DNA of 57,737 nucleotides, the filler included, from Dugesia japonica (Eukaryota): assembly GCA_001938525.1 (NCBI GenBank). It is 5 parts of 5 records of this genome, joined end to end, with 100 filler letters (N's around TTAATTAATTAA, not from the genome) between each part and the next. Parts side by side here need not be neighbours in the genome. Positions count along the whole stretch, not along the records: positions 32,666 to 40,988 come from MQRL01589373.1; positions 41,089 to 57,737 come from MQRL01610953.1; 3 more parts are not named here. One strand, written 5' to 3'. This document shows positions 35,940-48,014 of the stretch, in pieces. The number at the start of each line of letters is the position of its first letter. The stretch's first letter is position 1. Made by a program: the position numbers and the translations under genes. Below the pieces are notes generated by a model. It did not search any database. It had not been told where the DNA came from and worked only from the letters and a program-made list of their open reading frames with translations.

Positions 35940-38546
35940 ACCCCCCCCCGCATCTTGATTGTGAGGACTGTGATGACGGCGGAAAATTATTCGACGGGTA
36001 CGTCTGTCTATCACCCTTTCCCAGATAGATTCTATTTCTATATAACAGCAAACAAATATAAAATTTACATGAATCAGTGTTAAGTTGTAAGAGATAAATT
36101 ATATAGATAGGTAGAAAACATCAAACGATTTTATACAAATTTATTCTATGATCGTATCACTTACAAATCTCAGTCATTCCCTATCTAAATCCACTTCTCC
36201 CCTAAACGGGAACATCTCTGCCAAGCAGCACAGGTCAGATTCGTCTGGATGCTCAACCTTTCCTTTAGTTATTATATTGGCGAGTAACTGTTTTAATCGA
36301 GCCCTTTGACGTTGACTTTTAATCCAACGGAGGGTGCGACGAAATTCGTTTGGCATGCTAAAGAAACAAATTGTCAATGATGGAATTAAATTTCAGAACC
36401 GAACCAACAAAAGAAAGATGGCTCGCTGATAATACATAATCAGATTCGCATGTGGCTGGCATAAAAGTTCATTAATGTTTGAGGAACCATAAATATTTAT
36501 AATCACTGGAGTCCATGAAATTAATAATTCATTTACTATTGATATACAGGTGACGCTATGATATTCGGTTAGGCTCGGTACCACCATGAGATTTATAATG
36601 AAACTGCAATCCCAGTTAGAGCATTTAAGATATTAACTCATCGTCTGTATACACTCAATTATTAGATATGAATCAAGAAAACACAAAAAATTGGTAATTC
36701 AGGAAAGTTATGACGATCGTAATTGTAATGATGATGTGAGCAACAATATCGATAATTTTAGGAATAGTAGTAATAATTGTCAGGCTTACCCTATTAGTAT
36801 ATATACCGAAAATACGATTAAAGTTTATTAATTCAAATTAGTAACGGGGATAAGATTGATAGTCCTCAATTGATAAATATATTATTACTGGTGTCACTAG
36901 TGATAATCATGCATTTAGAAATGGTGACAAAAGTGTTTATAAGCGAATTATTAGTATAAAAATTAAAAAAAATAACTTTTTTCTCGTAGAAACCGAAAAT
37001 GGTTGGTTATCTCACGAATTTAATTAATTTACCCAAATCCTGAACCTTACCAAATTCGCGGGATGGCGTTGCTTAGAATAAATAAATAATTTACAATGCA
37101 CATCGGAAATATTAACAGTTAAGAGTGGTGTGTATAGCAGTAGTCATCTCCATCCACTGAGTAATTGATTTTAATCACCGGGTTGTAAATTACCTACAAC
37201 TACTGCAGGAAATCTGATAATGCATGCCACATCATGTATGTCGACTGGAACGAGAAATAATATGATGCCATCATAAAGCCAAACTGACCTCACAAAATCT
37301 TTAATTAATAGATCATCGGGATCAGGCAGTTCCGATAAATTTATTCGCTTACGCCAAGAAAAATATATATCTGGGTAATGATTTTATATTATATTAACAA
37401 TTCACATATAAAAAGTGAGCATTTTAAAATTTATATTATTTCCGAAAATTACACAACTATACTTACTAGAAAAAATTGGTTTTTCTTCTGATAAGAATTT
37501 CTGCAACGGGTTCTCTTTTTTCTCCTAATGCTCTCGAAAATTATTACCAATTACCAGATTATTGATAGTTTCTACTATACGAAACAATTTCTCTAATTAA
37601 TTTGTAATTCTAAATAATTCAATTACTCCGTCTGTGGCCTTTGCTAATTGATGCGCGATAAGTGGTTACACTTGGAATTTTGATGAATCTGGTTGTAATA
37701 TCAGTTCCGTTTACGATAAATCCCTCGAATCAAATTCCTTTGTGGATAACATTTATGGTTGATAGTTGTAGCGAGATAAAATTTTAATGACAAAATTTTG
37801 TTGTGGTTTAAAATGGTGTTTTTCTCTGATCTCTTCTGCTAAAATCAGGGGTCCTTTTATAGGATTTTTGATACAACCCGGCATCATTCTCATTGGTTGG
37901 TATTTTTATTTCAAAATTTCAGAGTTTTATTGGTGCTAGTGTTATAATTCCAGAATTTTCGTAGAGTTTAAGAACTCTGATTGGTGATTATTTTTAGAGG
38001 GCCATGCGATGGTTCTTGCTTTGTTTTATTTTTATTTTTAGGTATCTGATTGGTTTGATCTAGGAAACCCTGTAGCGACACTCTGGATAGTAGTAAGAAT
38101 TTCTTCTTCATAAATCTTTATGCCTCTGGATGCTCTCTTCCTGGATTTTTTTGTTCGGATTTTCTCCGACCTTCCTGAACGGAGTTATCCAGGTAAAACC
38201 GATTTTCCACTCAATTTGATTCTTTTTTATTTCCAAATTAATTAATATTTTACTGTTAATTAGACATTTTCTCGTATTGATTTTCGTGAGTTTTTATTAT
38301 GCTTTTATTAATTTCTTTAAATTCTGATACCGATAAAACTTGTTTTATGACACCTAGTTTGTTGTACCCACTTCGATGGTATTTTACTCCTCTTTACTGA
38401 TTATTTCCGTTACAATCTTTCCAAATTATAATCGCTTTCATCCTTTAAATTCCATTACAAGTAAATTTAAAGGTTCTACTGTTCTTCTTGGCCGATTCCG
38501 AATTTTAGGTCTTATTACCTTTCTTTCCCTGTGTTTCACCCCAACA
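35940..38546 (-). mobile_element. Long LTR-like element, copy A, carrying two small ORFs
   Basis: Begins TGTTGGGGTGAAAC on the minus strand; CCAAT repeats and TATAAAAG; colinear with 51826-55030. Confidence 0.65.
36174..36356 (-). CDS. 60-aa unknown ORF within LTR-like element A
   Basis: MPNEFRRTLRWIKSQRQRARLKQLL...VEHPDESDL...AEMFP...VDLDRE; homolog of 54307-54489. Confidence 0.6.
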   Translation of the reverse strand: MPNEFRRTLRWIKSQRQRARLKQLLANIITKGKVEHPDESDLCCLAEMFPFRGEVDLDRE

Positions 38547-38571
38547 CTATTATAAGAATAAATTAAAAAGT

Positions 38572-38608
38572 CGATTCCTGAAGAAGACTAAGTCGAAATA
38601 TCGAATTG
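38572..38608 (+). ncRNA. Minimal type I hammerhead ribozyme motif, intact
   Basis: cgattc CTGAAGA A GAC taa GTC GAAA TAT C gaattg: 6-bp stem I, 3-bp stem II, palindromic ATAT stem III; predicted cut after AUC at 38602. Confidence 0.75.
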
Positions 38609-38756
38609 TTATCAAATATCAATAAAAAAACCAAATATTTTGAACGAAGCTTTTATTTTAAATGAATTGTATAAATATAAATATATATCGTTTTATAGAA
38701 CTCATTTAATATAAAAGCTTTGGTCAAAATTTTGGTTTTTTATTGATACTGGATAA

Positions 38757-38793
38757 CAATTCGATATTTCGACCTTGTCTTCGTAAGGAATTG
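38757..38793 (-). ncRNA. Hammerhead motif with mutated core (CTTACGA)
   Basis: caattc CTTACGA A GAC aag GTC GAAA TAT C gaattg; inverted partner of 38572. Confidence 0.5.
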
Positions 38794-40568
38794 ACTTTTT
38801 GGCTGGTTCGTCACATCCACCTCACAGAAAAAATTCATTTAAATCTTATAATCACCGATAATTAATTCTCTTCAGCCCATATACCTTTCCCCCCCCAAAA
38901 GGTTTTTTAACATTTTTATACTACTTACAAAAATTAATCAATCAAATTTGAGCACAAAAAATCAGAAATCAAAGCACAATCAACCACCACCATCATTCTC
39001 ACCACATTATCTCTTCAACAAGAAATCAGCCACTAAAATCCAACAAATACACTAACAGATACCCCTCCAAAAAATGAGCGCGCGATAACTCATCGAGTGA
39101 TCCATTGTGCTACCTACTCTTGTAGACCAAACCATCCATCCTACTTCATAAGTCCTTTAGACAATATATTGGCAGTATTTTGGTTCCAACACACCCATAT
39201 CATAAAACCACCAAAAAAACTGCAACTCAATAATTGCACAATGCAATCATGTGCACTTACACATTTGCAAAAGCACACTTGCATAACGTTTACATAATTT
39301 ACTTTAAATAAACACCCTCAACTCAAAAAAATGAAAAATACACACACCTCCACCATCAAAATTTCGGATCCCGATAAAAAAAATGATCCGATTAAATCAA
39401 TTGTGATCCCAAAAATCTTAAGAAAAAAATCCAAGTGATCTACTCAAAAAGACCGACCTACTCCCTGTCATATTTTAACACCACTGAACCCAGGTGGAAC
39501 TCCAATAAATGAAAATTAAATAAAAATCATATTTCATTAAAGTTCATTAAAAAATTAGCAATTATTAGGTCTTCTTTTACTATTTTTTCAATCTTCCATA
39601 TTGAAATTTAGAATATCCTGATTATTTTAGACTGCACGAACCACTAAAATATGCGTATAACGCAATTTTGCAAACACCACTGGAAATTAAGACTGTCCAA
39701 AAAAAGATTCTAAGTATACCGAACCTTCATCTAAGAAAACTTCCATCACCATTTCCACATCTTGATTTTCAAAAATTCACCCGGAAAAATTAAAGCCAAC
39801 TTTTCCTACTCCCTTTTTTCTTCTTCCTCAGAAATAAAATACACACCCCATCAAATTTTTTTCACACTACTCACTTAGAAATAAACTTAATACCCAAAAT
39901 AAAATCAATAATCACAAACACATACCCATTACCTTCCTCAACACCCACTTTTTCTAACAATCCCAAATTCATACAAATCCAACAAAAACCCACACCACAC
40001 AGTTTTCATTCCAAACGGGCGATAACCCACCACTCTGGGCTGATGCGCTCACAAATCTGGAACCCTTGATCGATTTTTACACATAGTTATGTTTGGCAAT
40101 GTATATACCGATTTCGAAGGACCAGTCAAATCCACTTACAAACACCCAAAAATACACACCTTTTAACTCAAATTTCGTTTTTCAAAACACACTTTCCACA
40201 CACAATACCATCCAACCCCAATACCTCAAATACCGGCAAAAAAATTTAGCCAAAAAAAATTTAAATCAATAAATCCACGATAACCTATAACACAGTTTTC
40301 CAATTGTGTTATGTTTTTTCGCTAGGGGAAGTAGTATGCTCATGTGCTCACATCTACCTACTCTCGAGTATTGGAAATATGGACGAGTATTACTCGAGTA
40401 CTCTGACTACTCAAACTGGAGTCTCCAAATCAGCCAATGACAATGATAAATCGAAACAAAATAAAACATAATCAAATAGTAAACATCATCGTTTATTAGA
40501 ATCACATAAAAATAAATTTCACTACAATTAAAAAGCTCTGAATCTAAATATACAATCGAAAACTTTTC

Positions 40569-40988
40569 TCAACGAAATCTTTCCAAATCTTTTAAAAAAC
40601 TTGACTTTTGATTTCGACTATTTTTCAACTTCTTAGCATCGGGACACTGAAAACAATTCCACAATCTAATTTGTTCATCTTCTCCAATCGTTGCAACCAC
40701 TTCTCCAGTGGGATTGGTCATCATAGCAATGATTGCTTTATGATGTCCTTTCAATTCCACCATTGCTGACAGATTGTCTTCGTGTAATATTTTGATTCGG
40801 AAATTTTCATTGTCTTCCGATGAGATGGCAACCTCATCGAAAATATCACTCCAAAGCACGCAACTAATAAAGCTCTCGGTCGTAATGGTTTTTATACAGA
40901 CTTTTTGGAGAACATCGAAAATTTTCAACACGCTGTTAATATCTGCTGAACAACAAATGAATAAATTTCTATCTTTATAGTTCCATGC
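40569..40988 (-). CDS. Divergent Cdc20/Fizzy-family APC/C co-activator, 3' part
   Basis: WD40 repeats ending ELKGH...NPTGEVVATIGEDEQIRLWNCF; C-terminal SSFL...FR tail; 5'-truncated by scaffold end. Confidence 0.75.
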   Translation of the reverse strand, partial: AWNYKDRNLFICCSADINSVLKIFDVLQKVCIKTITTESFISCVLWSDIFDEVAISSEDNENFRIKILHEDNLSAMVELKGHHKAIIAMMTNPTGEVVATIGEDEQIRLWNCFQCPDAKKLKNSRNQKSSFLKDLERFR

Positions 40989-41032
40989 NNNNNNNNNNNN
41001 NNNNNNNNNNNNNNNNNNNNNNNNNNNNNNNN

Positions 41033-41044
41033 TTAATTAATTAA
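41033..41044. other. Artificial scaffold linker TTAATTAATTAA
   Basis: As at 9845. Confidence 0.95.
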
Positions 41045-41310
41045 NNNNNNNNNNNNNNNNNNNNNNNNNNNNNNNNNNNNNNNNNNNNCGATTTTCAATG
41101 AAAGAAAAACCCGATAATGAAATTATATTCCTACAAAAACCAATTTATGATTTGAAAGGCATAATAGAAAAAAACCAAAATGCAAAAAAACGACGAAAAT
41201 GTCAATTACACATCAATAATACTGGTCAAAGTTCATTCATTGCAAATTGTTGTTGATAAGAAATGACAAAATGTTATGAAATCAATAATCAAACAAAATA
41301 TATTTCTTGA

Positions 41311-42145
41311 TTAGTACATGGAAATAGTGTTGTTTGAACGAGGAATTTTAATTCTCTCTAAATTTTTATTGATCATGTCATGCAAAATTGCCTAAAATAC
41401 TTAATAAAGTAAATAACAAAACATTAACTTACATAATGATTTCTCATTTCCATTACGATATACCTTAATGAAATTGCTTGCATTTCATCGGCATTTTTAA
41501 CACATTCGTGATAATCCATAATATTTGGAAATTTAATAACTTTAGTTAACATTTTAGCTCTACTAATGTGATATCGGCTCATTTGTTCTAGAAAATTAGA
41601 TGCATCTTTTTCAATACTGACAGCTTCGCCGAGTACCTCTTCTTGAATCCCTACTCCAAAATTGTTACCATCTTCAATTTTAGGAATATTAAATTGAATC
41701 CATAATCGAACTTGAAGAGCTTCTTCCATCAATCTAGTGATATGTGGTCTAAGTATCTTAATTAATACAATTAAAAAAAGTCAATAAAAGAATCAATGAC
41801 ATACATCCATCATCACTTTAATTTTAGGATTAATTGGAATATTGTTNNNNNNNNNNNNNNNNNNNNNNNNNNNNNNNNNTGAAATATTAATGTCTTCACA
41901 TAAAAATCTGGCAGATTCTAGAATATGTATTAATTTAACTAAATTTATAACCATTTATTTACTGAAATCAAATTCCTTAGAATTCAAAATGTCTTCCATT
42001 TCAAAAACACGCTTAGGGAAAACATTTCTCACTAAATATTCCCCTGATTCTTTGGTTTGATTTTTATAATTTGTTAATTCTTTTGACCTATCGCCATCCT
42101 GGAAAAAATTTAAAGTAATACAACTTCACTTGTTAAACTTACCAT
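41311..42145 (-). CDS. PSME3: Proteasome activator PA28/REG (gamma-like), five exons, first coding exon is ATG only
   Basis: WIQFNIPKIEDGNNFGVGIQEE activation loop; N-terminal YLVRNVFPKR; C-terminal ILHDMINKNLERIKIPRSNNTISMY*; four short GT-AG introns (first 42142-42099). Confidence 0.92.
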
Positions 42146-43959
42146 GCCACAATATTTAAACGAAATACTTAAATATTTAAAGAACGTTTTATTTTTAGTA
42201 ATTATTAAAATGCTGTCATTGAAGAAAATATTTTAGAAAATATAATTTTATATCAAGAATAACTTTAAAATTATTTATTAATTAGTTTTTTATTATATGA
42301 AAAAATAATTACAATTACAGCTTTTATTAATTGAAAGCCAATTACACAATTCTTAAGAGTAAGTTGTTTACAAGATTTTTATTCTTTAATTATATAAAAG
42401 TATGATTTGAACACTTGTATATATCGTTTATTTTATTTTAATTAAAATATTAGAGTATTGTGATTAAATCCTGTAAAATAATAATTTAATTAAATATAAC
42501 GATTCTTTATAAAATTTGCTTTAATGCAAAAATTTGTATCTATAATTAAAAATGTTTAGCGATTAAAATTTAAAAAGTGCTTTTAATTAAAAAACAATAT
42601 ATATTATTACTGCCATACAGTATGTTAAAAAGAAAACTAAAGCAATTGATTCATGCGGGAACAACCCGATAAGAAAACCTACTTACAGTTGGATGCATTT
42701 GCTTAGTCTAACTTCAAATAAAAAATTATGCATATGACTTGAGAAAAATACCGATTTAGTCAGTTTTGAATTGCAATTTGATAAAAAGTAACTTTTCGAA
42801 TAAATAAAGTTACAATTATTCTTCAAAATTCGTTCTTCTATTATTAATTTATTTTTTGTCCTCGTTCCAAAGACGATCATTGCATATCCTTCTAAATATT
42901 CGGTAGTAGATTTAGACTCACTATTAAACTATAGCTGTATTTCCGAAATTAACGAAGCAAGTTAAATTAAAACTGACCCCATCTAAAAAATTGATAGACT
43001 TATCTGAATTTAATTAAAAGAAAAATAGGAGAATTTTATCCAATACAATTTTATTTCGTACGTTAATCATATTAAATTGATCTAACAAAAATAACTTTAA
43101 AGTTTGCAATAAATATTCATATGACATTTCTGACCTTAAATTTATGGGTTAAAAACAATAATAACTTTAAAAATATGGAAACTCAAAGAGGTTTTCCTTT
43201 CCAAGATTTTCATATAAACTTNNNNNNNNNNNNNNNNNNNNNNNNNNNNNNNNNNNNNNGGTTCATCCCTTTTGGTGGTTTAAGATTGAAATTTTCTCTG
43301 CATATTACACATTGTTTTACGTTTTTTGATTCTATACTTTACTCAATTTGAGTGAAATAGATAATTTTCAAAGTTTGAATTATTTTTACTCATTATTAGA
43401 AACCTTGTTCTAGAAAAAATTAAGTTTTCAAAGGTTATATATTATTAAACCATTACAATGAGGAACTTTAAAAATTTTTTCATCATCTTTTTCTTTTTTT
43501 CCTTCTTGATTTGTATATCAAAATAATAAGAATATATACATTCCAAGTTTGGCGAAGCATTCATTCTTTTAAGTCTTATTCTTCTTGTGATTCGTCTAAT
43601 TTNNNNNNTCCCTTTGAATGCTTATAGATCAAACTTTGGAGTAAAAGGCTTTACTTGAAGACGGCGCAAGTTTTCATAAATTTACTACAGTCAATTTATA
43701 TTCTTCAAGCTGTACAGTTAAATATTTTAAATAAACATTAATTTCATTAAGTTTCACAAATAATTTCATAATAATATAACCAATTTTCAACTCTTTTATC
43801 CTTACTTCATTAAACAATATAAAACGTTTCTACAAATATACATAAGTTTTAATAATTTATTGAGAATTATACAAACTTCATATAAATGTTGATTAACTTA
43901 TAAGTATTATATAATACTTACTTATCCAATTTTATGTCTTCAAAACTTTTATAAGTTTT

Positions 43960-44842
43960 ACCATCTAAAAAATGATCGAAAAAACGGAAACAGTAATAAT
44001 CTGATGGGCAATGTCCAAACTATATGGTGGATGTTGCAAAACTTCAAACCTCAAATCTCTGATTTTTAATTGACTCATCTTTGAAGTGTGCGGTTTTGCG
44101 TTATCGTGAAGAAGAATAACGCCTTTTCTGTTAATCAATTCAGGACATTTCTTTCCAAAAGCCGATTTAAAGGTATCTAATTGTCCACAATTGAATTCAC
44201 TGTTGATTGTTTGTATCGATTTAAAAAACTCCCAGTGCACAGATCCTTTTAAATCCCACCAAACAGACAGTAATGTTTTTTTGATGAAAATTTGGTTTTG
44301 GAGACTGAAATACTAATTCACCTGAATTTAACCATTCGTTTCCTATATGTAAATTTTCACACATAACACAATTTTAATAGGATGTTATTATTTGTTTAAG
44401 AAATGGGTTCTTTTCATTACAAATAAAATTTGAATTTGAAAGTGTAATCTTTAAAGAATTTTTGATTTTCACTCAATTTGTAAGGCATCAAAACTCCTGC
44501 CTGAAAAGACTTTCTGATTTGATGTAAATGGTTTCTTAAAGTTTTTATATTGACTGACATCTTATGGGCTAACTCTTCACAAATTTGCCTGGGATCTGAT
44601 TCAACCAAAATTGTCTAAAAATACGATAGTCCACTAATGACGGTCTTTCCGACTTTGAATTGTCCGCAAGACTTTTTTTGCAACTTCGGAATCCTTCAAA
44701 CCAACGGTAACATTGGGCAACACGTAGACTATTACCATTATAAATTGATTTTAAATGATTGGCTGAATCTAAAGAAATTGGCCAAAATAGAATTTATATA
44801 ACAATTTCTTACATGTTTCTTCACAAAATCTTTGTCAGTCAT
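43960..44842 (-). mobile_element. Decayed mariner transposase
   Basis: MPYKL (WVPHEL-like), LSVWWD, LLHDNAKPH and HPPYSLDIA (YSPDL-like) motifs across frameshifts. Confidence 0.9.
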
Positions 44843-46116
44843 TTTTAAATACAAATTTTAAACACTTTTTTCTCTAAAATCTATTAACTAAAATAGATAT
44901 ATTTAAACATAAAATCAATTTTTGTTACATTTGTTAAAATATTTTTAATTTCTCATGAATAACATAACACATTAAATAAATTTTTCTTCGTTTCTTTACT
45001 GCATCCCTTATAGAAAGGTGTTGAAACAATCATATACATCTTTTTTCTCACTAAAAGTTTTTAAAATAATAAGAATTTAAATCTCGCAAAAAAGATTGCA
45101 ATATTTTTTGGAATCGCGTAAAATCTAATTTGCGTAAAAACTTGCGAGTAACACCAGAATTAGGTGAATAGCATTCTTAGTCTCCCGAATCTTAACTTNN
45201 NNNNNNNNNNNNNNNNNNNNNNNNNNNNNNNNNNNNNNNNNNAACACTTCTTTTTGATAAAATGTGCATTTTAAAGGATTTTTTTAAAAGCCAAAATCTT
45301 TGATTCCACAAATCACTATCTTTCGTATCTCTCAGTGATCTTCTAAATTTTTACCATTCACCAGAATATCATCAAGATATACTATAACTCCTATGAAAAT
45401 AAATCTCTCTAATAATCCGTGCCCCAACATTTGAAAGTGACCGACGATGCGGCTAATTCAAAACGCATTCGATTAAATTTGAATTGATCTTCCTTTTTAC
45501 CACAAGCAATGCCATCCCTTGACTTTTACGCAAACTAGCTTAGCCCAGATCGATCGATAAAATTATTTTCGAGTTAGATAAGCAATTTTATAATAACTGA
45601 ATGTCTCGAACTGAAAAGACATTTTTCTGTCATCAAATTTACTTTTCTATAATCTATGAACATTATCAAACCCCCGTTTTACCCACAACCACTTATTGAG
45701 AATTTCAATGATTATTGCACTTGCTGATCACACCAATCTTTGCTAATTCTTTAATCAAGTTTTCAATTTTTTTTCTAAATTTATCAGCTGTCTTCTTGAT
45801 CTGCGGTCACCAATCAGATGTCCATGGACAACTGGAGATCCTCAAGAAAATTTTGGTGATCTAAAGAATATGAATGCACTTAACTTGCCAATCATAACAA
45901 CTAGCTCTGAGATTTTTAAAGCACTTAACCTTAATAAATTTTTCAATATTAAATTAACATAAGAATTATAAGATTTTGTCATAAATAAGAATGAAGAAAG
46001 TGTTTACAATTTTGTTAAGCCAACATGAAATAAATGTATTTAATATTAATATAGAAAATTCCCATGATCATTATTTTACAAATATATTATACTACTTATC
46101 ACTATCAAAATTTTAT

Positions 46117-46184
46117 CAGTGGTTCGGCAAAATAAAAATTACTGTATTAATGGTCCGTGAAGTACCAAAGGTTGGCGACCACTG
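46117..46184. mobile_element. Tiny hAT-Charlie-like remnant
   Basis: CAGTGGTT... and ...AAGGTTGGCGACCACTG ends followed by TTCTAGAG; left TSD does not match. Confidence 0.4.
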
Positions 46185-46192
46185 TTCTAGAG

Positions 46193-46912
46193 TGTTGTAC
46201 GATCGGATCTCCTTTCACTCTAATTTCATGTATTACCTAATATGTCTAATATCGAACTTCAAAGCGATGAACATCTCACCGATTTTAGCGAGTTTAGGTT
46301 ATCCTAGAATGGTGGCTGCGGTAAACCCCAACTTGATTACCAAACGTCTGCTTCCAAAAATATTTTGCAAAGGTGATGATATTAAGCGTTTTATTAAGAG
46401 AGTTGAGCTATATTTTGATGCAAAGGGAATTTTCAGAAAAAAGACCAAGAAAGGTTAGTTTTATGCTTATTGGATTAAGATTTGGTAGAGAAATACGTTA
46501 AGACAGCGAAGAAAACAGAGGGATTTCAGTCCCGTTTGTGCATGGCTTTTTAAAAAGATAAAAACATAGTGGAAGATTTACAGAATTTATTAAATTTTAA
46601 ACGAAGAAACATGGAAGTGGAAGTATATATAAAGAAAGTAGAAAATATGGTAGGTAAGATATTTAATAATAAAGAGTTGGCAAGGGAACAGCTAATTGCC
46701 AAAGTGCTTGTTTTTTGTGCTGAAAATCGGAAGATAGAAGAAGACGTAGTGCTGACAAAATTAGAAACATTAGATGAAATTAAAGAAGCATTAGTTTTGT
46801 TAGATCGAGTAGAGCAGAAGAGGGAACAAGTTAACGTAGTACGCAGTTATGTGAGAGTTGTAAGTACACAACGAGCGGAACCGAGAAAGTTAAAAGATGC
46901 CAGAGTAGAACT
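46193..46912 (+). mobile_element. Ty3/gypsy 5' fragment: LTR remnant, PBS and decayed gag
   Basis: TGTTGTA start; PBS-like TGGTGGCTGCGGT at ~46310 (tRNA-Leu-like); gag-like LPKIF..GDDIKRFIKRVELYF. Confidence 0.6.
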
Positions 46913-46914
46913 GA

Positions 46915-47880
46915 TCTGCCAGCGATTGATCATTCTGAAATGAATATACCTGCCTTTCGTGAACTGTTGACTTTTGCAACTGCTAATGTTTCGTTTCTGT
47001 GTAACAATGAATGGTATAAACAAATCGATTGAGTAACAATGCGTTTTTCTTTAGTTCTGACATCAGCGTCGATTTTCTTGAACAAGCTTGAAGAACGAAT
47101 AAACTAATTTTCTTTGAATAAGCGTCTTACTTACAAAAGATATGTTGACGATGTTTTCCTTATTTTTGTTAATCGTGAACACGCTTTGGTTTTGTAGAGT
47201 TTCATGAATTCGTTACATCCTAATACTGGATTTTTTGTAGAGGAGGAAAGAAATGGTATTTTCCATTTTGGAAGGAAATCAACACATTACAAGACTGAAA
47301 TCTACAGAAAGAAAAGTGAATCTGGCTTGGATGTTACCCCAAATAGATTTTGTGATCCTATTTATAAAAGGAACATATAAAGGGTTTAGTGTTTCTTTCT
47401 TGGTCTATGTCCTCAACTTATTCCAAATCCATTAAAAGCATTGAACATTTATTCAAGTTACTGTAAGCAAATGGATATAGTACACAATTTTTTAATTCAT
47501 TGACTTCGCAGACCATTGACCAAATATTGGTTGGAAATAATATTGGTTTCAATAAAAAGATTGAAACTGTATTGAATAATCCTGAACTTGATAAAACTTT
47601 GTCAAATTGTATTGACCATTTGTTTTATCAATTTCTTATTCAAAAGGGTTTTAAAAGTTTAAGAATTCATTTCTGAAAGTATCTAAGGACCTTCCTTTAT
47701 TGAAAGTTGTTTCTACATAACATAAGATTGTTCATAGCTTTGTTAATAAATTCCATACACCAATTGGTTTTTTTTCTAACCTTATTTATCAATTTGAACG
47801 TAATGAGTATAATGGCACATAAGCTGGAGAGACTGCCCGTTATCTCTGTACAAGGGTTCTAGAGCATAATTGTCTTGGTG
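46915..47880 (+). mobile_element. Decayed Penelope-like element: RT 3' half and GIY-YIG endonuclease
   Basis: WYKQID, YKRYVDDVFLIF, MNSLHPN..F.VEEE.NG; later LIYQF.....AGETARYLCTRVLEH. These frames are not in the ORF track. Confidence 0.85.
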
Positions 47881-48014
47881 GTTGTAGTAATATAGATGTA
47901 CATAAAAATAAATATAAATATGAAAATAAAAATAATGCAAATGTTGAAATTTAAAATTTAAAAATTTTGTCGAAACAATTTAAAAATTAAAGGGAGAGAG
48001 TGTTGTAAGAAGCA

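Noticed and set aside
40569-42145. Apparent proteolysis gene cluster (Cdc20-like next to PA28)
   Set aside because: Separated by an artificial scaffold linker at 41033
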